From Patescibacteria group bacterium (GTDB taxonomy: Bacteria > Patescibacteriota > Doudnabacteria > UBA920): 64,000 bases of DNA. The translations under genes were made by a program, and so were the position numbers. Shown here piece after piece: positions 55,235-64,000 of the stretch; within the stretch, counting starts at the first letter, position 1, and every line of letters begins with the position of its first letter. Under the pieces are notes generated by a model. The model was given only the letters and a program-made list of their open reading frames with translations, made no database searches and was not told the origin of the DNA. The DNA lies in contig WARV01000008.1 in assembly GCA_013387205.1 (NCBI GenBank), positions 136 to 64,135 of the forward strand, given 5' to 3'.

Positions 55235-56332
55235 ATGCGCATAATTCTTGTAGGCGGAGGCACCGGAGGGTCAGTATCACCGCTGCTTGCCGTCGCCGAA
55301 GAAATTAAAATAAACCACCCTAAGGCCAGTTTTTTATTTATCGGAACCAAGACCGGGCCGGAACGGCAGATGGCTGAAGGTTCCTGTATGGAGTTTAAGA
55401 GTATTTCCGCGGGCAAATTTAGAAGGTATTTTAGCCTGGCGAATTTGGCAAGCCCGTTTTTGGTGCTTGGCGGATTTTGGCAATCCGTAAAAATCTTAAA
55501 AGAATTCAAGCCGGATTGCGTTTTTGGCACCGGAAGTTTTGTCCAGGTGCCTCTGATTTGGGCTGCCAAGTTTTTAGGTATTCCTTCGGTAATCCACCAG
55601 CAGGATATTGTGCCGAGCCTTGCCAATACTTTGTGCCAGCATGCTGTTTCAAAAATAACCGTAACTTTTGAGGATTCGTTAACAGATTTTTCGTCCGGTC
55701 TCGGGCTATTCTATAAAAAGAAGAAAAAAGACAAGATATATTGGACAGGTAACCCTTTTCGTCATAGGTTGGCGGAGGCGGTTAAGGAAAAGGCAATAAA
55801 ATCTTTTGGATTAAAGAATGATTTTCCAACCCTTTTCGTAATTGGCGGGGGCACGGGGGCAGCGGGTATCAATAAAATACTGCTTGAGTCCTTGCCTGAA
55901 TTAACCAAAACAGTACAGGTTATACACGCGACAGGAAAGAATAAGCCAAGCGGTTTTAAATCTGAGAATTACCATCCGTTTGAATTTATTTCGAATGTCG
56001 GAGAGGCTTTTGCCGCATCTGATATAGTGCTTTCAAGGGCAGGTTTGTCGACGATTACTGAATTGTCAAATTTGAAAAAAATTAGTATAATAGTTCCCAT
56101 GCCCGATTCGCACCAGGAAATGAACGCGCTATTAATGATGCAGCAGAATGCGGCAATAGTCGTGCCGCAAAACAAGCTTACTCCGAAAAGGCTCGTAATG
56201 ATTGTCAGAAAACTTTTGTTTGAGCCTGATCTGCAAAAAGCGCTAAAGAAAAATATAGGGCAAATAATGCCGAAAGATTCCGGCAAGAAAATAGCATCAA
56301 TCATTACGGAAGAGGTAATTTTAAAAAAATAA
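55235..56332 (+). CDS. murG: undecaprenyldiphospho-muramoylpentapeptide beta-N-acetylglucosaminyltransferase (GT28)
   Basis: MRIILVGGGTGGSVSPLLAVAEEI ... C-domain FVIGGGTGAAGINKIL ... ATGKNKP. Confidence 0.8.
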   Translation: MRIILVGGGTGGSVSPLLAVAEEIKINHPKASFLFIGTKTGPERQMAEGSCMEFKSISAGKFRRYFSLANLASPFLVLGGFWQSVKILKEFKPDCVFGTGSFVQVPLIWAAKFLGIPSVIHQQDIVPSLANTLCQHAVSKITVTFEDSLTDFSSGLGLFYKKKKKDKIYWTGNPFRHRLAEAVKEKAIKSFGLKNDFPTLFVIGGGTGAAGINKILLESLPELTKTVQVIHATGKNKPSGFKSENYHPFEFISNVGEAFAASDIVLSRAGLSTITELSNLKKISIIVPMPDSHQEMNALLMMQQNAAIVVPQNKLTPKRLVMIVRKLLFEPDLQKALKKNIGQIMPKDSGKKIASIITEEVILKK

Positions 56333-56335
56333 GAT

Positions 56336-57280
56336 ATGGACAACAACAAGCCGACAATCGGGGTAGCTTTAAGCGGGTCTGGAAGCAGACTGGTGTTTTA
56401 TATTGGCTTTCTAGAAGCCTTGGATGAGGCTGGTATTAAAGTTGATTATATCGCCGCATGCAGCGGCGGCAGCGTGGTAGCTGCGGCGTATGCCTGCGGC
56501 CAAATGCAGGAGTTAAAAAACACGATTTTTACACTTGATAAAAAAACCTTCTTTTCGTACTTAAAAAGAGGAAAAGGCGGCTTGTACAATTTAGATAAAA
56601 TTGAAGAACAATTCAGGACTTTTACCAATGGTTTAAGGTTTGAGGATGTTAAGCCTTTAATGGGATTTGTGGCGGCAGATTTGGAAAGCGGCAAGCAAGT
56701 TGTCATGTCGATGGGCGATATTGCAAGGGCAGCCAGGATATCATGTTCGTTGCCAGCCTTGTGCGAGCCGGTCAGGTGGGGAGGTATGACGCTGATAGAC
56801 GGAGGTTTACTCAGTATAATCCCGGTAGACGTAGTAAAAGACGCCGGCATGGACATTACCATTGGCATAAATATGAGAGGGACAAAACACCTGTTTACCA
56901 ACAGGCAGATTGCTTTGAAAAAAATATTCAATATATTTAAAAAAGCTTTCCTGATTGATTATCTGGAAAAAGCTTTGGATGCCATATTGCCAGATCCTGA
57001 TGATTACGATTTAGAAGAAAAACCGGGGATGCTGAAAATTTTGAATAAGAGCATGGATATTGCCATCGAAGCCAATAAAAAAGATTACAGCAAAATATTG
57101 GAATGCGATTTAATGATTTCGCCGAACATCACCAAGTTCCGCCTAAAAAATATTGAAAAATTAAACCAACAGCTTCTTGAATTGGGAAGAAAAACCGCGC
57201 AGGATAATATCCCAAAAATTTTAGAATTAACGGAAAAGAAAAAGAAGGCAACGCAGGTTCCCATAAAACAACAAACATGA
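56336..57280 (+). CDS. patatin-like phospholipase
   Basis: GVALSGSGSRLVFYIGFLEAL (oxyanion GGxR/K-like), ACSGGS (GxSxG), LIDGGL (DGG catalytic Asp). Confidence 0.85.
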   Translation: MDNNKPTIGVALSGSGSRLVFYIGFLEALDEAGIKVDYIAACSGGSVVAAAYACGQMQELKNTIFTLDKKTFFSYLKRGKGGLYNLDKIEEQFRTFTNGLRFEDVKPLMGFVAADLESGKQVVMSMGDIARAARISCSLPALCEPVRWGGMTLIDGGLLSIIPVDVVKDAGMDITIGINMRGTKHLFTNRQIALKKIFNIFKKAFLIDYLEKALDAILPDPDDYDLEEKPGMLKILNKSMDIAIEANKKDYSKILECDLMISPNITKFRLKNIEKLNQQLLELGRKTAQDNIPKILELTEKKKKATQVPIKQQT

Positions 57281-58701
57281 TAAATCTAGACCAAGTTAAC
57301 AAAATTTATTTTATCGGCATTGGCGGAATTGGAATGTCTGCCGCGGCAGGCTTGGCAAAATCCATGGGTTTTGAAGTCTCCGGCAGCGATTCCAAAGAGA
57401 TTTATTCGCCCGCAAAAGAAGTGCTGGATGGATATAAGATAAATTACACCGCGGGCTATGGCGAAGAAAATGCAAAAAAATTCCAGGCAGATTTGTATGT
57501 TCTTTCAGCCGGTGAAGGGATGGGGAATCCTGAAATTAAATATGTCGTGGACAACGGTTTGCCGCACGTTTCTTTTGCCGAGCTGCTTTATTATTTAAAT
57601 AAGGATAAAATTAGGATTGTGGTAACCGGAACCCATGGCAAATCAACAACGTCGGGCCTTTTAGGGTACTTGCTTAAAGATTTGGATAACGGCTCGTTTT
57701 TTACCGGCGCGGTTTTAAATAATTTAAATTCCAATTTCCATGAGGGTGACGGCCATTATATTGTCTTTGAAGGCGACGAATATAAATCCGAATTCGACGA
57801 CCCGACACCGAAATTCCATTATTATAAGCCAGACATTTTAGTTTTGACCAACCTGGAATACGACCATCCGGATATTTTTGAAAATTTGGAGGCATTGGAG
57901 CAGGAATTCGAGCAGCTAATCTCCAATTTGCCTGAAGATGGATTGATTGTCTATAACGCGGACGATCCGAACCTTTCCAGGCTTGTCCATAAAAGCGAGG
58001 TTAGTTCTATAAGTTTTGGCATAGAAAACGAAGCGGATTTTAAGGTTGAAAAGATTGAGTACGGAGAATATACGGATTTTGAAATCACAAATAAATTTTC
58101 CAAGGATATTTTGGGCAAGACTTTGGGATTAACGGAGAATTATAAAATCCAGCTTCCGGGTAAAATTAACGTGTATAATTCTTTGGCTGCAATTTCTACG
58201 CTTCGGGCGCTGGGTTTCCAGCCTGACCAATTGGCATTGAGTTTACTGTCTTTTACAGGATTAAAGAGAAGGTTTGAAATTGTTGGCATTAAAAACGGCA
58301 TTACGCTGATAGATGATTATGCCCATCATCCGACTGCTGTAAAGGAAACACTGGATGCCGCCAGGTTAAAGTTTAGCAAGGCGAAAATCTGGGCTGTTTT
58401 TGAGCCGCACACTTTTAGCAGGACAAAAGCGACTTTAAAAGATTTGGCCAAATCTTTTAATTCAGCTGATGAGGTTTTGATTTCCGAAATTTATCCAGCC
58501 AGGGAAAAAGTTCAAGATGCGACAATAACCGGCCAGGAAGTAGTTGAGGCTATACAGTCTAAAAATCCAGTTAGGTTGATTAAAAACAAGGAACAGGCGC
58601 TGGATATCCTGAAAAAAGAGGCAAAAGCCGGAGATGTGTTGGTGGTTATGGCGGTCGGGGCGTTCAATAAGCTTGCTTATGAACTGAAGGAGTTGTTGTA
58701 G
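57277..58701 (+). CDS. murC: UDP-N-acetylmuramate--L-alanine ligase
   Basis: IYFIGIGGIGMSAAAGLAKSMGFEVSGSD ... VVTGTHGKSTTSGLL. ATGA overlap with patatin gene. Confidence 0.8.
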   Translation: MINLDQVNKIYFIGIGGIGMSAAAGLAKSMGFEVSGSDSKEIYSPAKEVLDGYKINYTAGYGEENAKKFQADLYVLSAGEGMGNPEIKYVVDNGLPHVSFAELLYYLNKDKIRIVVTGTHGKSTTSGLLGYLLKDLDNGSFFTGAVLNNLNSNFHEGDGHYIVFEGDEYKSEFDDPTPKFHYYKPDILVLTNLEYDHPDIFENLEALEQEFEQLISNLPEDGLIVYNADDPNLSRLVHKSEVSSISFGIENEADFKVEKIEYGEYTDFEITNKFSKDILGKTLGLTENYKIQLPGKINVYNSLAAISTLRALGFQPDQLALSLLSFTGLKRRFEIVGIKNGITLIDDYAHHPTAVKETLDAARLKFSKAKIWAVFEPHTFSRTKATLKDLAKSFNSADEVLISEIYPAREKVQDATITGQEVVEAIQSKNPVRLIKNKEQALDILKKEAKAGDVLVVMAVGAFNKLAYELKELL

Positions 58702-58702
58702 G

Positions 58703-59785
58703 ATGGAAATACAAAAAGATGTTTTATTAGCCCCGTATACAACTTTTAAGATTGGCGGATTGGCCAAGTATTTTTGTGTTGTTTCAGATTTTAAAGGCCT
58801 AAGAGAAGCGAGAAATTTTGCCTTAGCTAATAATCTTCCAATATTCATTCTTGGCGGGGGAAGCAATGTCTTGATTAGCGATGAAGGATTTAACGGGTTG
58901 GTGGTGCTAATTGAAGTGAAGGGGGTTGAAAAAGTTTTTGAAGACGGAAAAACAGTAAGACTAAAAGTAGCGGCAGGAGAGAATTGGGACAAGCTAGTGG
59001 AATATTGCGTTGATAATAATTGGTGGGGGATAGAAAACCTTTCCCATATCCCTGGCAAAGCCGGAGCTTTTGTAGTGCAAAATGTCGGCGCTTACGGCCA
59101 GGAAGCCAGCCAGGTTGTAGATGCGGTAACCGTGTTTAATCTGGCAAATGAAGAAATTGAAATTATCAGCAATAAAAACTGCGAGTTCTCTTATAGGAGC
59201 AGTATTTTTAATGGCGGATACAAGGGAAAATTTGTTATTCTTGATATAATTATCAGCCTGTCAAAAATTCCACGGCCGAATTTAAGTTACCGCGATTTAG
59301 CCGAAAAATTTGAAGGCAAAAACCCTGGGCTTGGGGAAATAAGGCAGGCGATTATTGAAATCCGCGATAACAAATTTCCATTCCCGGATGGCGGAATAAA
59401 TGGCAATGCCGGATCGTTTTTTAAAAATCCAGTTATCAGCAGACAAGAATTCGACAATTTGTCCATACAGATAGAAAAACAATTCGGAACTCAGGCGCTG
59501 GATAACCTGCAAAAAAAAGCCAGGGAAGAAAGAGGCTTTGTCAAAATCCCTGCCGCGTATTTAATTGATGTATGCAGTTTAAAAGATGCAAAAAACGACC
59601 ATGTAGCAATAAATCACACTCAGCCTTTGGTAGTCTTGAATAAATCAGGAAAGGCAAAAGCTGGGGATATTTTGGATTTGGTGGCCTTAGTGAGAGAAAC
59701 GGTTTTTAGTAAGACGGGAATAATGCTTGATGTTGAGCCGGTTTTGGTTGGATTCGCAAAAGAAGAAGTAAAAATTGAGAATTAA
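58703..59785 (+). CDS. murB: UDP-N-acetylenolpyruvoylglucosamine reductase
   Basis: LAPYTTFKIGGLAKYF ... ILGGGSNVLISDEGFNGLVV (FAD-binding domain), long-form C-terminus. Confidence 0.8.
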   Translation: MEIQKDVLLAPYTTFKIGGLAKYFCVVSDFKGLREARNFALANNLPIFILGGGSNVLISDEGFNGLVVLIEVKGVEKVFEDGKTVRLKVAAGENWDKLVEYCVDNNWWGIENLSHIPGKAGAFVVQNVGAYGQEASQVVDAVTVFNLANEEIEIISNKNCEFSYRSSIFNGGYKGKFVILDIIISLSKIPRPNLSYRDLAEKFEGKNPGLGEIRQAIIEIRDNKFPFPDGGINGNAGSFFKNPVISRQEFDNLSIQIEKQFGTQALDNLQKKAREERGFVKIPAAYLIDVCSLKDAKNDHVAINHTQPLVVLNKSGKAKAGDILDLVALVRETVFSKTGIMLDVEPVLVGFAKEEVKIEN

Positions 59786-59867
59786 TTTTAAACCTAGTAT
59801 AATAAATGAAACAAACTAATTGGATCAGGAATAAATAGAAAAGATGATCCGCCAGGAGACCAGAGGC

Positions 59868-60176
59868 ATGAATTTAAACATCAAAGCGACAAATACTACG
59901 ATAACGGACGCCATTAGGGATTTTATTGATGAAAAAATTGAGGACCATCTTTCCAAATTTTTAAAAAATAACGAAAAAGTTTTTGTTGAACTGCAGGTTG
60001 ATAAAAAGCATAAATCCGGCGATTTGTTCAGGGTCGAAATTTCCATTAACCCACCCAAGTTTTACGCGGAAAGCAGGGGTGCGGATTTCCACGAAGCGAT
60101 GGATTTGGCAATTCCCAAGGTCAAAGAACAGTTAATCAAAGCCAAAGACAAAAAAATCTCCAACAGAAGAAAATAA
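59868..60176 (+). CDS. hpf: ribosome hibernation promoting factor / RaiA family
   Basis: MNLNIKATNTTITDAIRDFIDEKI ... FRVEISINPP ... ESRGADFHEAMDLAIPKVKEQLIKAK. Confidence 0.85.
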   Translation: MNLNIKATNTTITDAIRDFIDEKIEDHLSKFLKNNEKVFVELQVDKKHKSGDLFRVEISINPPKFYAESRGADFHEAMDLAIPKVKEQLIKAKDKKISNRRK

Positions 60177-60187
60177 TTTATTTATAA

Positions 60188-60217
60188 AAATCCCGAGATA
60201 ATACCTCGGGATTTTTT
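60188..60217 (+). terminator. intrinsic terminator after hpf
   Basis: aaatcccgagataatacctcgggatttttt. Confidence 0.7.
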
Positions 60218-60650
60218 ATTTCTTTATTTATTTAAACCGCGCAGAGTGTTAGGAGAAGCTGGTCCAGTGGTTGTGTAAGACTGATTTGTCTGGCTAGATT
60301 GTTGCTTTTTATTTTGCCATTTATAAAACCACGACATAAAAAATGCCAAAAGCGTAATTGTTAAAAAGATAATTACAATTGCCCTGCCCATAAATATAAT
60401 CCCCATGTTTTAATTGACGTAATAGGTGGGTTTATTTGCAATTTTTAATGGCTAAATCCTAGGAATATTAGGATTTAGCCTTTCGGCAAGCCCAAGGCTT
60501 TTAGCCGTTTTTATCATCATTCTGGATTCCGGTCTTGACTCGGGATGGGTCAGTTTAAATACAGAATTTAATCCGGGTTTCATCTATGCGTTTTTTCTGA
60601 TATAATGTATTAGTAAAATTTTGTTGATTAATCGAAAATTACCCATATTT

Positions 60651-63425
60651 ATGTCATTTTTTTCAAAAATATTTTCTGGCGAAAAAAGCCCTCTTGAAAG
60701 ATACGGCAAAGAATTAGCAGCTGTTAACGGTTATAAGGAAGAGGTTGCCAAATTAAGCCAGGAACAGATAAGAGAGGAAATATCAAATTTCAAATTACAA
60801 ATTTCAAAACTTCAGTCAAATGAAGAAATTTTTAAGTTGCTGAAAGAGGTGTCACCAAGGGTTTTCGCGTTAACCCGCGAATCTGCCAAAAGAACTATTG
60901 GGCAATTCCATTACGATGTCCAAATTGCCGGAGGGTTTGTATTAAGCAACGGCAAAATCGCGGAAATGAAAACCGGTGAAGGCAAAACTTTAACTGCAAC
61001 TTTGCCTTTGGTGTTGTTTGCCTTAGCCGGCAAAGGCGCGCATTTAGTCACTGTCAACGATTATTTGGCCAGGTGGCAAGCGTCCTTAATGGGCCCGGTC
61101 TATCATTATTTAGGTTTGACAGTCGCTTCCATCCAACACGAAGCATCTTTCCTGTACGACCCTTCATATAAACCGGAAGCCGACGAATTGGAAAAATTAG
61201 AAAGCGAAACCGAGGGTTTGGTCATGGATGTTAAACATATGAGGCCAGTTAACCGCCGGCAGGCTTACGACGCAGATATTACTTATGGTACCAATAACGA
61301 ATTCGGCTTTGATTATCTGCGCGACAACATGGTCCAGCACGCCAGCCAAATGGTCCAGCGCGACTTGTTCTTTACCATTGTGGACGAAGTCGATAGTATT
61401 TTGATTGATGAAGCCAGGACGCCTTTAATAATCAGCAGTCCGGATACGGACCCAACAGACAAATATTACCAGTTCGCAGCTATTGTCGAACAGTTAAATG
61501 ACGGGCCGCATTATTCCGTTGACGAAAAACATAAAGCGGCCAGCCTGACCGATGACGGCATCACTAAAATCGAAAAGATTTTAAAGGTGCCTAATATATA
61601 CGATACTTCCAAAGGCGTGACTACCATCCATCACATAGAACAAGCCTTGCGCGCCAAAACCTTGTTTAAAAATGACCGCGACTACGTGGTCAGGGAAGGC
61701 GAAATTATCATTGTCGATGAATTCACTGGCAGGTTAATGTTCGGCCGCAGGTATAGCGAAGGCTTGCACCAGGCTATTGAAGCCAAAGAGAATGTCAAAA
61801 TCCAGCAGGAAAGCCGGACTTTGGCCACTATCACTTTCCAAAATTTATTCAGGCTCTACGCCAAACTTTCGGGTATGACTGGAACGGCCAAAACCGAAGA
61901 AGAAGAATTTTTCAAAATTTACAGGTTGACCGTCGAGGCGATTCCGACTAACAAGGAGATGGTAAGGAAAGATGCGGCTGATGTGGTTTATAAAACCGAA
62001 GATGCCAAATTTACCGCCATTGCCAAAGAAATTAAAGAACGCAACAAAAAGGGCCAACCGGTTTTGATTGGTACTGTAAGCATTGCAAAAAACGAATTAT
62101 TGGCTGAATATTTGAAAAAAGAAGGGCTGAAATTCGAGATTTTGAACGCCAAGAACCATGAAAGGGAAGCCCAGATAATTTCCCAGGCCGGCAGGTTTGG
62201 CTCCATTACTTTGGCAACTAATATCGCCGGACGAGGCGTGGATATTCTGCTTGGAGGCAACCCGGTTGACCATGAAGAAGCCAAAGCTGTTAAAGCTGCG
62301 GGCGGTTTGCATATTTTAGGAACCGAACGCCATGAATCGCGCCGCATAGACAACCAGTTAAGGGGGCGCGCCGGACGCCAGGGCGACCCGGGTTCTTCGC
62401 AGTTCTATATCAGCATGGAAGATGATTTGATGCGCCTTTTTGCAGGCGAGCAAAGGATGGAACAGCTTAAAAGAATGATGACATCACTGGGCCTTCCTGA
62501 TGACCAGCCGATTGAAAACGGGATGATTTCCAAATCCATCGAGTCTGCGCAAAAGAAAATCGAGGGCCTGAACTTTGACACCAGAAAACACGTTTTGGAA
62601 TTTGACGACGTGCTTAACCATCAGCGCAACATAATTTACAAGCGCCGCAGGAAATATCTGGAAGGCACGCCGGAAAGCAAAGATTTTGTTTTGAAAGACG
62701 AAATTTTGGATTTGCTTAAAACCGAAATAGGGGAAATAGCCGCCTTACATATGAATATGGTTGATGAGCATGGCAATAAAAAGGATTCTTTTAAAGAACT
62801 GCTGGATGCCGCAAATCAGATTTTGCCGGTAACTCCTGAAGTCGTGGCTAAAGTCAAAGAAGCCAAGGCTAACGCTGCTGATGAAGAATTCGCCATAACC
62901 GATACGCTTTTTAAAGCTGCTGCAGATTTTTTTGAGCAGAAAGAAAAGGAAATGGGCCAGGAAATTTTTACAGGCGCGCAAAGGTTTATCGCGCTTCAGG
63001 CTTTGGATATGCTTTGGATGGAGCATTTGGACACCATGGACCATTTGCGCGACAGCGTCCGCCTTCGCGGCTACGGCCAGCGCGATCCGTTAGTGGAATA
63101 CAAAAAAGAAGGTTATTCCATGTTCCAAAGGTTACTCTCGGAAATAAATAAGCAAATCGTTTATAGCATTTTGCATGTTAATGTCCAGGTCCAACCGCAG
63201 CCGACCCCGCAGGTGGAATTGGTGACTAACCAATCAGGAGTCGCATCAATGACAGCAGGACAAGCATTAGCCGATCCAAAACTTGAAAACATCGGCCGCA
63301 ATGATCCTTGCCCATGCGGCAGCGGAAAAAAGTTTAAAAAGTGCGGGCTTTTAAACACGCCTGAGCATCAGATGAATATGGCCAAAGGGACCGGAGCCAA
63401 GCACCAAGCAAAAGTTGGCGGATAA
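60651..63425 (+). CDS. secA: preprotein translocase ATPase SecA
   Basis: KTGEGKTLTATLPLVLFALAGKGAHLVTVNDYLA (Walker A / DEAD motor), C-terminal zinc motif CPCGSGKKFKKC. TATAAT at 60601. Track start 60621 is TTG. Confidence 0.9.
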   Translation: MSFFSKIFSGEKSPLERYGKELAAVNGYKEEVAKLSQEQIREEISNFKLQISKLQSNEEIFKLLKEVSPRVFALTRESAKRTIGQFHYDVQIAGGFVLSNGKIAEMKTGEGKTLTATLPLVLFALAGKGAHLVTVNDYLARWQASLMGPVYHYLGLTVASIQHEASFLYDPSYKPEADELEKLESETEGLVMDVKHMRPVNRRQAYDADITYGTNNEFGFDYLRDNMVQHASQMVQRDLFFTIVDEVDSILIDEARTPLIISSPDTDPTDKYYQFAAIVEQLNDGPHYSVDEKHKAASLTDDGITKIEKILKVPNIYDTSKGVTTIHHIEQALRAKTLFKNDRDYVVREGEIIIVDEFTGRLMFGRRYSEGLHQAIEAKENVKIQQESRTLATITFQNLFRLYAKLSGMTGTAKTEEEEFFKIYRLTVEAIPTNKEMVRKDAADVVYKTEDAKFTAIAKEIKERNKKGQPVLIGTVSIAKNELLAEYLKKEGLKFEILNAKNHEREAQIISQAGRFGSITLATNIAGRGVDILLGGNPVDHEEAKAVKAAGGLHILGTERHESRRIDNQLRGRAGRQGDPGSSQFYISMEDDLMRLFAGEQRMEQLKRMMTSLGLPDDQPIENGMISKSIESAQKKIEGLNFDTRKHVLEFDDVLNHQRNIIYKRRRKYLEGTPESKDFVLKDEILDLLKTEIGEIAALHMNMVDEHGNKKDSFKELLDAANQILPVTPEVVAKVKEAKANAADEEFAITDTLFKAAADFFEQKEKEMGQEIFTGAQRFIALQALDMLWMEHLDTMDHLRDSVRLRGYGQRDPLVEYKKEGYSMFQRLLSEINKQIVYSILHVNVQVQPQPTPQVELVTNQSGVASMTAGQALADPKLENIGRNDPCPCGSGKKFKKCGLLNTPEHQMNMAKGTGAKHQAKVGG

Positions 63426-63441
63426 AATTTAAGTCATAAAT

Positions 63442-63484
63442 AAAACGGCCGGAAGGGGATAGTACCCTAACCTGGCCGTTTTTC
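63442..63484. terminator. bidirectional intrinsic terminator
   Basis: aaaacggccggaaggggatagtaccctaacctggccgttttt. Confidence 0.7.
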
Positions 63485-63648
63485 GTTGGTGACATAGCGG
63501 TCACTTTCTTACGTATTAACCTTGCGTTTCCATAAGGGTCTCAACAACACCTGGAAAAACGCCACAATGAGAGCGATTCCACACAGCCTCAAGAATGAAG
63601 CCGTGCTATTTGGTAGGTGGTTGCCCTTTAACCCAATGAAGGGTTCGG

Positions 63649-63711
63649 TCAGAAAAAAACAAGGTCTAATAAGACCAATAGAAGCGCCATTTTCAGGACA
63701 TTCTTTAGCAT
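63649..63711 (-). CDS. candidate 20-aa hydrophobic peptide ORF on promoter-driven minus transcript
   Basis: acGGAGGctttgtATG then MLKNVLKMALLLVLLDLVFF-stop. SD spacing good. Could equally be a non-coding sRNA. Confidence 0.25.
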   Translation of the reverse strand: MLKNVLKMALLLVLLDLVFF

Positions 63712-63740
63712 ACAAAGCCTCCGTAAAGATTTGATTAACA

Positions 63741-63769
63741 TTATAGCATATACTGTGATAATTGTCAAT
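63741..63769 (-). promoter_or_regulatory. consensus sigma70 promoter on minus strand (TTGACA-17-TATAAT)
   Basis: rc of 63764-63769 is TTGACA, rc of 63741-63746 is TATAAT, 17-nt spacer. Transcript would run toward the 63442-63484 terminator. Confidence 0.55.
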
Positions 63770-64000
63770 AGTATGTAACGACAAAAGTTATCTTAAATAA
63801 GGATAAATCAAGATTTTTAACACAAAAACAATGCTATTTATGGCATTTTGAAATATTAGTTGAAAAATATTGATGTAGAAAAATTAAAATTTTAGATCAT
63901 CAAACTTTTTTTTGTCAGTCAAAATCAAAATTTTAATCAGTTAGCCACAAGTAAAAACACTTGTGGAATTTTTAAAATGCGTTTAAAATAATTACATAAT

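Noticed and set aside
60224-60406. 60-aa minus-strand ORF with a hydrophobic N-terminus downstream of hpf
   Set aside because: No promoter, SD or conservation evidence. It lies in the secA upstream region, so it is left uncalled.
63509-63784. 91-aa minus ORF (TTG start) and 70-aa plus ORF at 63522-63734
   Set aside because: The minus ORF would have to be translated across its own best promoter (TTGACA...TATAAT lie inside its first codons). The plus ORF has no signals. A promoter-driven short transcript is more parsimonious.
1-64000. tRNA, rRNA or tmRNA genes
   Set aside because: No T-arm GGTTCGANTCC-type sequences, acceptor or CCA-proximal structures or rRNA-conserved stretches found by eye. 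The only stable RNAs supported are rnpB and the unclassified sRNA candidate.

Overview
This is a 64-kb window of an AT-rich bacterial chromosome. Most genes lack a Shine-Dalgarno site, AlaRS is truncated, and a sortase and many secreted repeat proteins are present. From these I infer a small-genome Patescibacteria/CPR-like organism.

Gene content, in order:
- partial aspS on the minus strand, running off the window start (missed by the ORF track);
- a structured sRNA candidate;
- a DEDD exonuclease gene behind a large palindromic operator;
- lgt;
- a catalytically degenerate HtrA-like protein;
- a dTDP-L-rhamnose operon (rfbC-nudix-rfbB-rfbD-rfbA);
- a CAP-domain protein;
- a sortase followed by a 1372-aa DUF11-repeat surface protein with a sorting-signal-like C-terminus;
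- an NYN-domain gene and a Phd/YefM-like::GalE fusion;
- an S8 subtilase plus a secreted protein sharing a tandem-repeat module;
- a dispersed glycan-assembly set (GT2/GT4 glycosyltransferases, Wzx-like flippase, Wzy/O-antigen-ligase-like protein, polyprenyl-phosphate sugar transferase, methyltransferase);
- ctpA, truncated alaS, pgi;
- the infA-rpmJ-rpsM-rpsK-rpsD-rpoA-rplQ and rplM-rpsI ribosomal clusters;
- a SIMPL protein;
- RNase P RNA (minus strand, recognised from conserved CR-I and CR-IV/V motifs and a P1 helix);
- murG-patatin-murC-murB;
- hpf;
- secA.

No rRNA, tRNA or CRISPR array was seen.

The most unusual property is a very dense set of palindromic MITE/REP-like elements, at least six families (labelled A-F here):
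- several are nested inside one another;
- some supply the 3' ends of genes;
- one copy is inserted in-frame (111 bp, 37 codons) inside a GT4 glycosyltransferase gene;
- a 14-bp CCGCCAGCTGGCGG palindrome (PvuII site) is itself inserted into members of three families.

Also present are in-frame heptanucleotide tandem repeats inside housekeeping genes, heptad 'TAGnnnn' stop-codon arrays after genes, and two compositionally foreign gene islets (high GC, strong SD).
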